Assembly (NCBI GenBank): GCA_965153285.1
Contig: OZ229116.1
Source: Podarcis tiliguerta
Taxonomy: Eukaryota
Length of the DNA stretch: 64,000 nucleotides
Direction: 5' to 3' (one strand)
Both the position numbers and the translations under genes were made by a program. The notes under the pieces are model-generated. The model saw only the letters and a list, made by a program, of their open reading frames with translations. It did not search any database and was not told the origin of the DNA. Positions 25,970 to 38,710 of this stretch are shown here, one piece after another. The number at the start of each line of letters is the position of its first letter. Position 1 is the first letter of the stretch.

Positions 25970-26707
25970 AGAACAGCTTGTTCAATAGGTTGTTCTATAA
26001 AATTAAGTTCCTCAGCTCATCACAAATGCCAGGACTCCATTAAGTTAAAATTTTACGGAGAGGCTAAGATGATTCACTGTATAGCATTTGCAGGGAGGAT
26101 GGGAACATCTGCTTCCCCGTTAATGCTATTTTTTATATATATATAGAAAAGAAGCAAAACACACATGAGTATCATAACTTTAGCAGATCAGAGCTTGAAC
26201 AAACGAGAAGGGCTACCTACAAATTTGGTGGTCTGCACATACACTACTGTGTACATTTGGGACATTGACGGGAACACCATGAAATATTACTCCCAGGCTA
26301 CCAGCCACAAATCAAGGTTTGCTTTTCTCTTTCTACTTCACTGTAATATAAAATCAAGAACAACTCCACTGTAACAAATGGAAGAATATGCGAGTGACAG
26401 CAGACAAAGGCTAAATTATGGGGATTTACTTCATTCAGAATAGAATGAAATACTCTTGATTTGGATAGTGCGATGGGGAAGCAAGTCGGCATGTTAGCAA
26501 TCCCAACCATAGGGGATATTTCCAATTTAAGGCAGTATAAAAGAAAGAATTCTAGCAGCAGGTCACAGACATTACATTCTCTGCTCCATCATGGTAGGTC
26601 ACTAGAGGAAGCAGCAAGCTCTTTGCTGAGTTTCACAATGGCCAGGCTGGCGGTAGTGCAGCTGGCACTTTAGCAGGTGTCTATTGGAACAAAAATGAGT
26701 CTAAGGA

Positions 26708-26830
26708 GGAGGACCATAGCTCAATGATAGAGCATCTTCTTTGCATGCCACGTTCAATCCTCAGCATCTCCATGTGGGGCTGAGAGAAAACGCTTGCCTG
26801 AAATCCTGGAAAGCCACTGCCAGATAAGGC
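26708..26830 (+). mobile_element. Old tRNA-derived SINE
   Basis: GGACCATAGCTCAATGATAGAGCA...GTTCAATCCTCAGCATCTCCA, continuing into a SINE body rather than a tRNA terminator. Confidence 0.7.
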
Positions 26831-29062
26831 AGGGTTGGAATGCACCAAAGGTGATGGTCATAACATTCCATCAAATATCATAATATTTATGTTTATCAAA
26901 ATATGTACACCTATTTTTCTAGTGCCCATGGATATATCAGTATGTCCACACAGGCAAACTCTGACAGTTTTCAAAACAGGGTGGTAAAAATGTCTGTCGG
27001 CATTGAGAAAGCATGGATTTAGGCTTGCACCGAGGCAATTACACTCAGCTGCTTCCTCGTGTAAGCAGTTTCCATGCTTTCACCCCACATGCCTGCAAAG
27101 TTCCTAGAAATCATGTGAATTTTTTCCTCAGTTTAATCATCGTCATCTGAAAGCACCAGTTGGTGGAAACTCTTCCGATTACCCATGCATCTTTTTTTTG
27201 AACTGTTTTATCCAACTCTTTATTAGTGGAATAAAGTCAGAGCTGATGTGCCCCCTTGTATCCTTATGCAGTGTAGCCCTATGCAAAGCACTTATTCATC
27301 CCAATGTTGTGGATGACGCCTTCAACCTGAGGCTGTTCACATGAATGAAGATAGACAGCAACAATATATGAAAAAGAGAAATGTTCACAGACAAATAGGA
27401 CACTTAGGTGCCCAGTCTCCATTAACTTCTAGTGTGGTGCCAAATCTCCCCCTTAAGCAATAACATCTCCACATGATGGACAATTCTAGGCTAGTTTACG
27501 GGGAGCGCTATCCTGTTTAATTACGTTACCAAAACAAGGAATATGTTCTTGTTTGAATAAAGACAACTGTATGGTTGGGGAGGTGTAATAGGGACACTGT
27601 TGTGCCCCTGTTCTTTGCCCCTCGACTCAATTTCCCCCACAGCCCCATATTTTGTTCTCCATGTGTATTACTGTTCTGAGAGCCTGTCATTTCTTATCAG
27701 AATGAGAAAGGCTAAAGAGATAATATTTCAATAACATACTGGCCTGATCATAAAATAACTCAATGGAAATATGTAACTGCCGCAGGCAACTCAGCAGGAT
27801 AGTCAGCAGTCAGATGATTTCTATTCTGTGGTATTTTTTTTATAGTTACATTTTCTGTTATATCAGACATACCCTCAAGTCTTAGTTATGCTTTTATTCA
27901 AAGATGAGAGCCACAAGTATTAAGAGCTACAAAACTTATTATGATATATTACTATAAGGAAATAAAAGTTGGTGCCATGATAGCATATTGTTAAGGACAG
28001 GCCTGCCACATTAATTGACCTTCTTCCCCCTTCTACCAAGGCCGAGGCCAAAGCATCCTTGTTGCTAGGAAACAGGGTCACTGCTTTCAGGCCTTATATC
28101 CGCACACATACAAAGAGGAGCAGAAGATGCCATGTTATGAAGGAAGGCAAATGTTTGTCAGAAGAAAAGACCCATTTGCTAGTTCCTATGCACAGAAAGG
28201 TTGGGAAATGGTTTTTTTAAAAGATAGCAAAAGAGCTATTATTTTGAAGGCACTGTGGCATATTTTGTTGAGACCCTCCCGCAAAAAAGACAAGTTCACG
28301 TTCCAAACTCCCAGTGTAGGCATCGTGAAGAATTTACAGACACACCACTGAAGAGTTTTTAGGGACTCAGGGGGAAGCGAAGGGTGCTGTTTTCTATGCA
28401 AGCTTTTTTACATTCTATCATAAACATTACTGCTTGCCGCTGTGTTAATGACAGGGCTTGAGGCAACAAAATGGCTCCGAAAGGTCAAAGCCGAGAGAAG
28501 TTGGTTCCCTCTTTCCTCATTGTGAAGTATGGAAAAAGTCGACACTTAATAAAGGCCACAGAACAAGGGTGTATATCACTGCTTGAGCAGTAACATTTGA
28601 ATACTCGGTAAATTCATTACATTTAATCTACATTTGAGTCCTAGGACTGAGATGTGAATTCTTAGCTTCATAGTTTTAAAAGGACGGTTTTTATTGTCAT
28701 GGGCAAGTGGCTAAACTATTAATCCTTGTATTCTTTCTTCCCTCCTGATAAAGGGAAAACTCACATTTTGCAGCATTCAGAGTTTAAAGTTAGGGCTAAA
28801 GCAAAATGATCATATTTTTTTACAGTAAATGCTATACCCATGGTATTTAACTCCATATAAAGCAAGCAGAATATATCCAACAGTGTAAAGTAACTGCTGG
28901 AAATGTGATATAATCCATAACCACTGTCTTCCTTCTTTTCTGAATTGTTGTGTATAGGTCTGTCTATTGACCGCTTGGTTTGTTGTAGTCTGTTGCATTT
29001 CAGAATACAATAGAACTGCACACATCACAATATAGGCATAATGTATTCTTATTTCAGAATAG

Positions 29063-29390
29063 TCTAAGAAGAGCCCTGCTGGATCAGACCAAAGATTTAC
29101 TCCATTCAGAAATCAGTTTCCTACAGTGGCTAACCAGATGTATATGTAAAAAAAATAATGGAGATAGTATACATGTATAGTATATCAGTATAGTATATCA
29201 TGGCTAGTGAATAGTTTTATCCTCCATGAATCTGTTGTATAATGTCTTTAAAAAGCTAAAAAGTTGGCAGCCTCACTGCACCTTGTGGTAGCAAATTTCT
29301 TAGTGTAATAGTGTGCTGTGTACTTCCGTCAGTCTGCCCTGAATCCCACCAAATCCCCTCCAAAAAAACATTGACATTGAATGACCCCTC
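29063..29390 (-). mobile_element. Old CR1-type LINE 3' fragment
   Basis: TAAGAAGAGCCCTGCTGGATCAGACCAAAG end; TTGTGGTAGCAAATTTC corresponds to a decayed WNLLP motif on the minus strand. Confidence 0.55.
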
Positions 29391-32300
29391 TGCTACTTCA
29401 GTCTATACCCCTCAAGTATGATCATCAATGGCAGGAAAATAGCACACAGGGGAATCTACATATTTGTTGCTGATTCCACCCCTTCCCTGTTCAGATTTGC
29501 TTCAAAATATCAACCAAAGCAAGTTCAATGATATTCATTGCAAACAAGAACAGTTAGGATTCATCACCATTCCTTTCAGCTGCTTGAGCTAAGCCATCAA
29601 ACACCTGCCTGAATCCAATGTTAATGAGTTGTAGCAGGTAAATTAGCACATCTGAATCTGACCATGTAGAATCCTGAGCTCGATGAAGTGTTTAAGCACC
29701 TCCTTTACCTCCAACATTAAATGTCTTTTGACATTCACACAGAAGACAGAAAGAGAGTAATTAGCAAACCTGTTTCGCAGATGACAGAAGAATGAACAGC
29801 TACCAACAACAGACTTTCTGCTAATATGCATTTGCCATGTCTTGAATGTATATCTGCATCTTACAATAACGTTTTGCTTAGCATGCCAAAATTATTGTTA
29901 AGGAAAGCTGTCCTGCCTTTAAACCATGGCATGCCCTATTTGATAAGACTCTGTTCTTTGGCAAATGCAAGCAGTACAATATTGTTCATACTTAGTTGAT
30001 AATCTAATTCACTATTTGACTGCTGTGCTTCTTGCTTGGAGTTCCCCTTTCAAATACTTAATTTTCTTCTTCTAAGAAGAAGCATTTCTAACACGTGTAG
30101 GGTGAAAACCTGAAAAGGCAGTGCTCTTGCACCTTCAATAGTTGTGTAGAAGTGGACATTTCAGTATGTATAGCTTTGTCATTCAGGCTGCAGAAATACC
30201 GTCTTCTACACAAATATTAAAGGTGCAGGAGGCCTGTGTCCTCTTTGCACCTTTTCATCTTGCACAAGGGTATAACTACTGTAGATGTTTCCTCAGAAAA
30301 CATGTGTCCTCAGACCTGTGTTTGACAAGCTAATGCAAATCTGGGGGAGGTGCTGGGGTCTGAATTTGTGCAAGACAGTCAGCAAGTTGGGAGAGGGATA
30401 CTTAACTCTTCTCCTGCCTGCTGATTCTACCCTGAAAATGCCCCCACATGTTTTCTTCCATCAAGTACACACACGCGCACACCACTGTGGAGAAATCAAC
30501 ATAAAAATGACCAGGAGGGCATGTTTAGAGGGGAGAAATTGTTAAGCTGATGGTTCCCTCCAAATAACCCCCTCCCTACATTGTCATTATGAAGCAGACT
30601 TTGAGTTGGAAACCGAAGGTCTTCCTTGCAATGTGTAATGTTGTCCTTGCTAAGAACTATTGATACAACCGCAGATTCACTGACTGACTCAGCCTTTGAA
30701 AAATTCAGCACAGAAAGTTTGTCTTCTCAGTTTGCAATATTTTGCCATACTCTCTTCCCTTCTCCACATCCTAAAGTCCAAGGGATGCAAATTTTGATGC
30801 AAGGAGAGAAGCCCCTAGATTTTTAATTACACATTTTTAAACCAATACAATGATTTGAGGAGATGCAAATTTTGCACATTTAAAAAAATCTTTTGAGTTG
30901 ACAATACTAAGCATTTTTGGTCAACCCCTATCAAAAAGAAGCAGCAGAGGGGATATTTTCACAGTTCTCAGGAAATCAATTTTCACCTTTTCCAGTTGTG
31001 TTAATACAATACGAAAAAAATGCCTCCAGTCCTGCTACTTATGCAAAGTTACCTATTTGATACTCCTGCACTGAACAAGATCAACAGTTTATACAAACTG
31101 TTATGAGCCAGAGATCTAATAATTTGCATGACTATAATTGTGCAATGAACCAAAGATGCGTCTCCCAAAAACTCTGATAGCAACCAAGCAATATCAAAAT
31201 CCCTTGTTTAAAAGGAACAAGTCTGGCGTACTCAAGGTTAGTTAACAGAAGTTGCAAAAGAAGATTTAATGTAATCAAGGTGTACAACTCCTTCACCCAG
31301 TTTAGGTCCCCGATTTTTATTTCTGTATATAGAACTTTCCATCTGTAGCTATGATTTTAAAAGAATCTTGAAGAGAAAACATTGTTAAATCTCATATTTT
31401 GCCTTGTGAGATCTGAAAACCAAGCTGATAAATAAGACCTGAAATCAAATCAATAAATGCAGGATTTCCTATCTTCCTGATGGGGTCTAAATTGAAGGAG
31501 CTAGTCTTTCCGTTGGGAGAAATCTGGTTGCAGAATTCAAGACTTTTCTTACCTTTAAGATAAGCTCGATTTCTCCTGTATTGAAGAGAAAATAAACTCA
31601 GGCCATAATCCAGTACTGAAGATTCAACAGTTGTGGAGTCTAGGTGGTGGAAGCCCCATAATCTCAGCTGAGTTCCAGTTATACTTCCACCATGGCAGTT
31701 CTACTACTAAAACATCCCACATAAACTGGTGGAATGGCTGAAACAGGATGGAGATATGCACATTTATGCCATATCCTATACTCCTTTAATCCACGGTCAT
31801 GCCCCTGTCAACAGCACAACCCACACAGGAAATTTCAAAAATAGCTGAAACCAGATCAACACCCCCACCCTGCTGGCATCTCCATGATAGAGCATAGCAT
31901 ATCAATTAACTCAGCACCCAATCACAGTTCACTACCATCAGGCATGTCAGGAAACCATAAGTAAGATTTGGTGTTGAAGCTGGAGGTATGGCGTATATCA
32001 TGGATGGGGAATTTCAGGCCCTGGGATCATATGTCCCCTGCCCCCCGTCTTTCTATTTGGCTCTTGGGACTCCCCCAACATCACAACCCTCTGCAGGCTA
32101 CACGCACTCTCCCCAAGCCACAGCTTCACATCCTCTTTGTATGCTAACACTGTACATATGTTGATTTTCCATTTCCAATCCTGTCCATGCCATTCTTTCG
32201 CTTGGCTGCTGCTTTGTATTTTGTTTCTGGATTAGCCATATAGGTGACCTCCACCAAATCAGAATTCACATAGGACTGAAATTCACTGAGGGCACGTGAG

Positions 32301-33304
32301 GGCATTTGAAAGTAAGCACAAGTGAGGGCACTCTAAGAAAATAAGTAACCATTTCTGCAAGGTATGTAACACATAAATTAGTGAGGAAAAGGAAGCATTT
32401 TTTCAGCACTGCTGAAAGCAATAATGAAAAACAATGAGTACTTTCACCACAGCCCCGGCCTAAATCTACAAAGCCTTTTAAAGTGAAACGCTTTTCTTCA
32501 GTCGCCCCAACAAGTGAGAGTCTTTCAAAGGTTTGCTTCGGACATCCATACTCTGCACGTGAGATGAACTTTTTACCTTTTCTTTGTGCTTTTGATCTGC
32601 AGTCCACATGAGCTCATTAAGAGACCGTATTATTTAGCTTAAACTTCAAGCACTAAGCATTTCCCACAGTAGCCCCGGGCTTGGAGTACTGTGTAGTACA
32701 GCTTGTGCAGCCTTTGTGCCATGGCAACATGTCATAAAATATCTACCAGGTTGCATCAGTAAAGGTAAGGTTGAGTGGTTCGAAGGATGCAACACAGATG
32801 CTCAGACACTTCAGAGCGGCCTGCAAAGAGAGGTCAGTGCCCATCAACTGATAGGCTGAATTCTAATTACTCAGGAATGCTCAGCATGAGTTGCTTGAAG
32901 AGGACTGTAATAAATCTTGTGGCAGGCATCAAGGACACCTGGCTTCTCATCAAAATGCCTTTCACAAGACCACCTAAAAATCCATCATCCTTCTCACCCT
33001 TTCTTTCGCTAATCTCTGTCGCAAGGATGGAGACACGAAGACAAAGACAACCAGGCAGGTGATCCAAACTCTATAGTGATGGGCAGCGGGTGCCAATATA
33101 AACAGAAAGTAGGCAAAGGATGCAGCTTTGCAAACCATAGTAAATACTTTTGACGTCTCCCTTGAAGTGTAAAAAGAGACGCTCCTTTATGAGTTTGGTA
33201 GGCATTTCATAAATTAGATTTCACCTGATGGCATTTTTAAAATGGAATGAGCTTAAAGTCACCAGGTCTGTCAGTTGAAAGGGTGGCTGCAATCCAACTC
33301 CCTT

Positions 33305-33662
33305 AAAGGTAAAGGTAAAGGGACCCCTGACAATTAAGTCCAGTCGCAAACGACTCTGGGGTTGTGGTGCTCATCTCGCTTTGCAGGCCGAGGGAGCCGA
33401 CGTTTGTCCGCAGACAGTTTTTCCGGGTCATGTGGCCAGCATAACTAAGCCGTTTCTGGCGAAACCAGAGCAGCTCACAGAAACGCCGTTTACCATCCCA
33501 CTGGAGTGGTACCTATTTATCTACTTGCACTGCATGCTTTCGAACTGCTAGGTTGTCAGGAGCTGGGACCGAACAACGAGAGCTCACCCCATCTCAGGGT
33601 TCGAACCTATGACCTTTCGATCAGCAAGCCCAAGAGGCACAGTGGTTTAACCCACAGTGCCA
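33305..33662 (-). mobile_element. Sauria SINE (distinct subfamily)
   Basis: (AAAGGT)n tail on the + strand; B box GTTCGAACCC on the minus strand; diagnostic differences such as CGTTTGTCCGCAGACAG relative to the other copies. Confidence 0.93.
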
Positions 33663-34944
33663 GAGGAAAGCACATTTAAGACAACAGCCCTTACCTCTGA
33701 GCAAATATGCATGGGATTATGTTATACATCACCATGTGCTGCATTCTTTATGGGCTGCTCTGTGTGGAAGTTTCGGCTTGTGCAAAACATTCTAACATTG
33801 CTTCAAGTGCTATCTTTGCACTAAGGATGACTTACAAAATGTTAAAACTGAAACTAGTGAATATTAGTTCTTCATGAAAGTGAGCCAATAGACACATATT
33901 ATAGTACTGTACTCCAGTGGCTTCTTATTTTCGTCCAAGCACAATTCCAATTTATTGGACAATAAACTAAACTTTAAACAGCTTGGACTCAAACATATCT
34001 AAAACACAATTTCCTCCTCAACGTCTCATTATATTGTCTACATTGACTATGAACTCTAAAATAGATTGTGTTAATATTACTATCCACATATCTGGGCGCG
34101 CACACATATGCAAGTGAACTTTCCCTAATGTAATACGTAAACTTTTGTATGCTATTTTCATTAATATAAATACCTTTGTGTGTGCATTGTTCCCTAATAT
34201 TCACTTTTTGGTATGCATTTTCAGCTGGAGAACTGCATTGCAAAATTCCTAAGAGTGATACTTTCATAGGTTATCTGTGTTTTGGTTTTGCTGTGAGGTT
34301 GGGAAGTGAGAATTAGGTACGTTCATCTTAAAATGCAAACTCAATAAACTTCTCATGGTTACTTGCACCATAGCTAAAATTTAGCTCACCAAAATAATTC
34401 AGTGGCTTGGGTATGCCTATTGAATCATGTTTTCACAAATCAGTAAGACTGAATCCCCCTGAAATTATGTGCTTAGCAGTAGCTTCTAAACCTTAATGAT
34501 TTGCAAAGTTCCTACCGAGGGCTCTGAATTTCCACACCAACCTCAACGTGGGCTGCGCCTATCAGCAGCTCATTGTACAGATCGCTCTTGTAATGATTCT
34601 CTTGGGTGTTTTAATTGATGTATTCTCCCACTGGAATATCTTGGCACAGTATCATAACACACTCAAATCAACAGGAACCTCTGGGGGAAAGTCACAGTAA
34701 ATTAAGTACAATTAGCAGAGCAAACATCAACACTACTAGCCTGCTAGTATAGTAATTGTTCAGTCAGCACTTATTATATGGACCATTTCTCAAATCAGTG
34801 GTCTTTGAAAGGGATCATCATGATCCTAAACTAGGCTAGGAAAGAAGGGTTTTCAGGCTGTTCTTTTGAGCTGCTGCACTGGAATACTACTGTGTAAAAC
34901 AAAGAGTCGTGCAGCAGGGCACTGTTAGAGAAGATGACAGTCCA

Positions 34945-35665
34945 CAAGGGGATCATATATCTTGGGCCTGGTCCTCACCAACAGGGAGGAACTGATCAAC
35001 GAAGTGGAAGTACTGGGAACCTTGAGATGAAGTGATCGTGTCCTCTTGGGATTCATTACACAAAGGCAAGGGAAAGCTGAGTGCAGTCAGATATGCCAAA
35101 CAGGCCAATTTCTAAAAGCTTAAGGAACTACCGAGCGAGGTCAGAAATACTCAGTGAAAAGGGAGTCCAAGATGGATGGGAGTTTCTTAAAGCTGAAATA
35201 CTGAAGGCCCAAACGCAGGCAGTTCCAAGCAGAAAGAAAAGTGGGAGGCATCTAAAGAAACTGGTATGGCTGCATCAGGAGCTTACAGATGAGCTGAGAT
35301 CTAAGAAGGGCATATGTATAAGAAATGGACAAAAGGAACTGACAAAAGAAAAGTACAGTGGTACCTCGAGTTAAGTACTTAATTCGTTCTGGAGGTCCGT
35401 TCTTAACCTGAAACTGTTCTTAACCTGAAGCACCACTTTAGCTAATGGGGCCTCCTGCTGCTGCCGTGCCGCCGGAGCACAATTTCTGTTCTCATCCTGA
35501 AGCAAAGTTCTTAACCTGAAGCACTATTTCTGGTAACCTGAAGCGTATGTAACTCGAGGTGCCACTGTATACACAAGTAGCCAAGAGTTGCTGGAAGAAG
35601 GTCAGGTGGGCCAAAGCTCAGAATGAACTCAGGCTTCCCAGAGAAGTTAATAATAATAATAATGA
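34945..35665 (+). mobile_element. CR1 LINE ORF2 internal fragment (EN-RT linker) interrupted by a MITE
   Basis: LVLTNREELINEVEVLGTL..SD; EILSEKGVQDGWEFLKAEILKAQTQAVPSRKKSGRHLKK; resumes after the MITE as YTQVAKSCWKKVRWAKAQNELRLPREV. Confidence 0.85.
35356..35567. mobile_element. Tigger-like MITE, AACCTGAAGC family, copy 3 (internally deleted)
   Basis: CAGTGGTACCTC TIRs; TA TSD; 212 bp. Confidence 0.93.
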
Positions 35666-35739
35666 AGGTGTGATTTATCACACAAGGCAATGCTATGAAG
35701 TACAGGGTGAAAAGATCCCTTTTAAAAATGGTATTCAGG

Positions 35740-36320
35740 CCGACCCATCATTCATCCTGAAGGTCAAATCCCTGTTCCACAGGTCTCAAGACATTGTTCT
35801 GCCATCCTTTCGTCCCAATCCAAAGTCAGAAAAGAAAAGGGCTTGGCATTCCCTAGACATCCTCGGGACCCTCAGGTTTTACCTTGACAGGACCAAAGCC
35901 TTCCATAAATCGGAAGCTCTCTTCTCCATTATTGAACAAAATAAAGAATGGAGAAGATAGAGGCTGCAAGGTTTCTTCCTCCTCCATATCAAGGTGTCTT
36001 CACGGTGGCCATTTCAGAAGCCTACATAGCTTTAGGGAGATCATCCACTGTAGGGCTGATAACACGTTCCATTAGAGGGGCAGCTACCTCAGCTGCTTTT
36101 AAAGGAGATTTTCCCCTAGTGGACATTTGTAGGACAGCCACCCGGGCTTCCTTGCACACTCTCTCCATTTGGTCAGTTTGTCACCGGAGTGTCCATTCCC
36201 TGTGTCCCTGGAGTCCAGAGTCGAGAAATGAATTGGCTTATTTTGGTGCTTTGGGGTGTTGCGAACAGGCCCATTATTAGCATCCCATATCCTTCCGCTA
36301 TCTGCAGAAAGACCTGAGGG
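35740..36320 (+). mobile_element. DIRS-type retrotransposon tyrosine recombinase remnant
   Basis: FILKVKSLFHRSQDIVLPSF..RAWHSLDI..LRFYLDRT..SEALF, then VSSSSISR, ISEAY..ITRSIRGAATSAAF..ICRTAT; matches the DIRS1 YR pattern (HSTR box decayed to RSIR), with frameshifts. Confidence 0.82.
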
Positions 36321-36413
36321 TGAAGTTGCCACTCCGCCTCGGAGCCGTATCTGTAAAGGTGTTTTCATCTTAATTAGTTTCAAACTTTTGAGCTTTAGTC
36401 ATGCTGTGAATGT

Positions 36414-36765
36414 GGGATGCGGGTGGCACTGTGGGTTAAACCACAGAGCCTAGGACTTGCCGATCAGCAGGTCGGCGGTTTGAATCCCCGCAACGGGGTG
36501 AGCTCCCGTTGCTTGGTCCCTGCTCCTGCCAACCTAGCAGTTTGAAAGCACATCAAAGTGCAAGTAGATAAATAGGTACCGCTCCGGAAGGAAGGTAAAC
36601 GGCGTTTTCATGCGCTGCTCTGGTTCACCAGAAGCAGTTTAGTCCTGCTGGCCACATGACCCAGAAGCTGTAGGCAAGCTCTCTTGGCCAATAAAGCGAG
36701 ATGAGCGCCGCAACCCCAGAGTCAGCCACAACTGGACCTAATGGTCAGGGGTCCCTTTACCTTTA
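36414..36765 (+). mobile_element. Sauria (POM-type) SINE, full length
   Basis: A/B boxes; (ACCTTT)n tail; 12-bp TSD CATGCTGTGAAT at 36400-11 and 36766-77. Confidence 0.95.
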
Positions 36766-37231
36766 CATGCTGTGAATTGGGTAGCGACCAGCTTTAAACA
36801 TTGTTTAAACATTGTTTTAAAAACCTGCTTTGAAAATGCCTTATGTGTTTAATTGCCTTTTGCAAGCTGCCTTGGGAGGATTTTGCCCTGACAAGTGGCA
36901 CAGAACAACTTTCAGTAAATAAATCTTAAAAGGAAAACACACGGACACACTGTTGCCCCTCTTCTCAGCTGTAAAGTCCAGGAGCAAAAGCTGAGAGCAA
37001 CAAAAGAAATCGGAGCAATACTTTAGATAAATTATTTGTTATATATAGGATACACAGATCCCAGATGTCCAGATATACTTGTGTGCAAGAAGAGATGTGC
37101 AGGCCAAGATGGCGGGGGTCCCCACCTACATTGTGTGGTGCAAATGGATTTCTCTGTGCTGTTTCCACACACCTATTTCCCACTTTGGACTGAGGCAATG
37201 ACATTGTGCTAGAGAAAGCTCAGGAAAACAT

Positions 37232-37312
37232 TGCTGTCCTATGTATGTCTACTCAGAAGTAAGTTCCACTGGATGTAGTTGGATTTCCTTCCAGGTAAGT
37301 ATTTAGGATTTC
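37232..37312. repeat. Ancient short palindromic interspersed repeat
   Basis: TCCTATGTATGTCTACTCAGAAGTAAGTTCCACTG...CCAGGTAAGTATTTAGGATT; relatives at about 19035-19110, 23615-23690, 24265-24345 and 33690-33720. Confidence 0.6.
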
Positions 37313-38285
37313 ACCGTTAGTCACGGTATAGAATCAACACTGGGGGTATTTCTGTACAGGGCAAAGACGTGACCTTATGAAAACATGATTTTGAAATCAT
37401 TTTTTAAAAAACCCTCCTTCTGAACCTGTTTAACTTCATCTTGCCTGTGTAGCCATCAGGTCTCTGCCAGAAAAAGCAAGACTCCCAAAACCAAGCGGAA
37501 TTTGTGTCCAGTGCAGATTCCACATGCAAGATTATCTAGTTATTATTCTCAACTCTTTCTTCATCACGTTGGATTTATTGCGTTTCTAAAGGACGATGTG
37601 TTAATTAACTAACCTCAACGAGCATTTCCTTTTCGGCATAAAAAGCTATTTTTTTTTACTTAATCATGTGCAATGTCAAGCAGCTAAAAAAGAATATGTC
37701 GAGAGGTTTGCCCTTGATTAAAACATAAAAATGTGGCCATAAATATTTTTTTATTGGCTGTAATACCTTTGCTTTATTAGGAGGATAACAGACTGCTGGT
37801 TAACTGATCATGAAATATTAATTAAAAAGAAAAATATATGGGAGGGAGTTATTTCTGTTGTGTCTGGCTCCCCACCCACCCAGCCTCAAATCTTTTCTTT
37901 TATCATACCAGAAGATAACTTTTTTTTCATTTTGTTCCTCATGAGCTTATATGTATGGCAACTCTACCACTGTCTTTCCTCATCCTAAAACCAACATGGT
38001 AGTCCGATGAGGACTCTAATAATGTTGGCAGTGTGGTTTCCGGTGTCCCTCCACACCCCAGTGCTGTCTCTAATTTAACTTTTTTTCCTCACTGCTGACA
38101 AAATTGATGGGATATTGAGGCCCAGGAAAAAAACTGCTTGGGGGAGGACCAAATCAGATTCCTAAACTGAGGGTTAGCCGCTCCCATTATAAATATTTGA
38201 ATAGTCTCCACATATCAGGCTGTATTGTATCTCCACGTATTAAGACGTAACTGAATTTAAGCATATGCCAATAAAAAAGTAGAGC

Positions 38286-38422
38286 TGGTGCTATTTTTCT
38301 AGAAAAAGAGGTGCCAGAACTCATCATGAACACCTCTCTCGTTCTCCTAGAATGACAAGGGCGCCCACCTGAGAGGTGCCGGAACTGAGTTCCGGCAAGT
38401 TCCATCTGAAGAAGAAACCCTG
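38286..38422. mobile_element. hAT-type MITE
   Basis: Ends TGGTGCTATTTTTCT / AGAAGAAACCCTG; repeated GAGGTGCC(A/G)GAACT; degenerate TSD AGTAGAGC/AATAGTGC. Confidence 0.65.
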
Positions 38423-38666
38423 AATAGTGCCTCTGTCTCTGAGGAAATTTCAGTATGTAATCCAAAAACTCTCTAAGGTTTGTTATTTTTTCAAAGTGCT
38501 TGCAATTTGCTGTTTATATCCAAACCTATAAAGAAACCTGGGCAAATCCAAACCTGGGCAGCAGCAGATGCCACAAACACAAGAGGATAGAGTGAGGTGA
38601 ACGATCCCTGAGGTAATATGACTAAGGTGACAAAGTTTTGTAATCTCATCCCCTTAATTTGTATGG

Positions 38667-38710
38667 TGTTTGTTTGTTTGTTTGTTTGTTTGTTTGTTTG
38701 TTTGTTTGTT
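38667..38710. repeat. (TTTG)n microsatellite, probably the tail of a minus-strand L2/SINE
   Basis: Directly visible; a second (TTTG)n lies at about 39760-39786. Confidence 0.9.

Noticed and set aside
25734-25988. ORFs spanning the N run
   Set aside because: Artefacts of the assembly gap.
26708-26785. tRNA-like sequence (also 13690-13750 and the SINE heads)
   Set aside because: Broken cloverleaf that continues into a SINE body; not tRNA genes.
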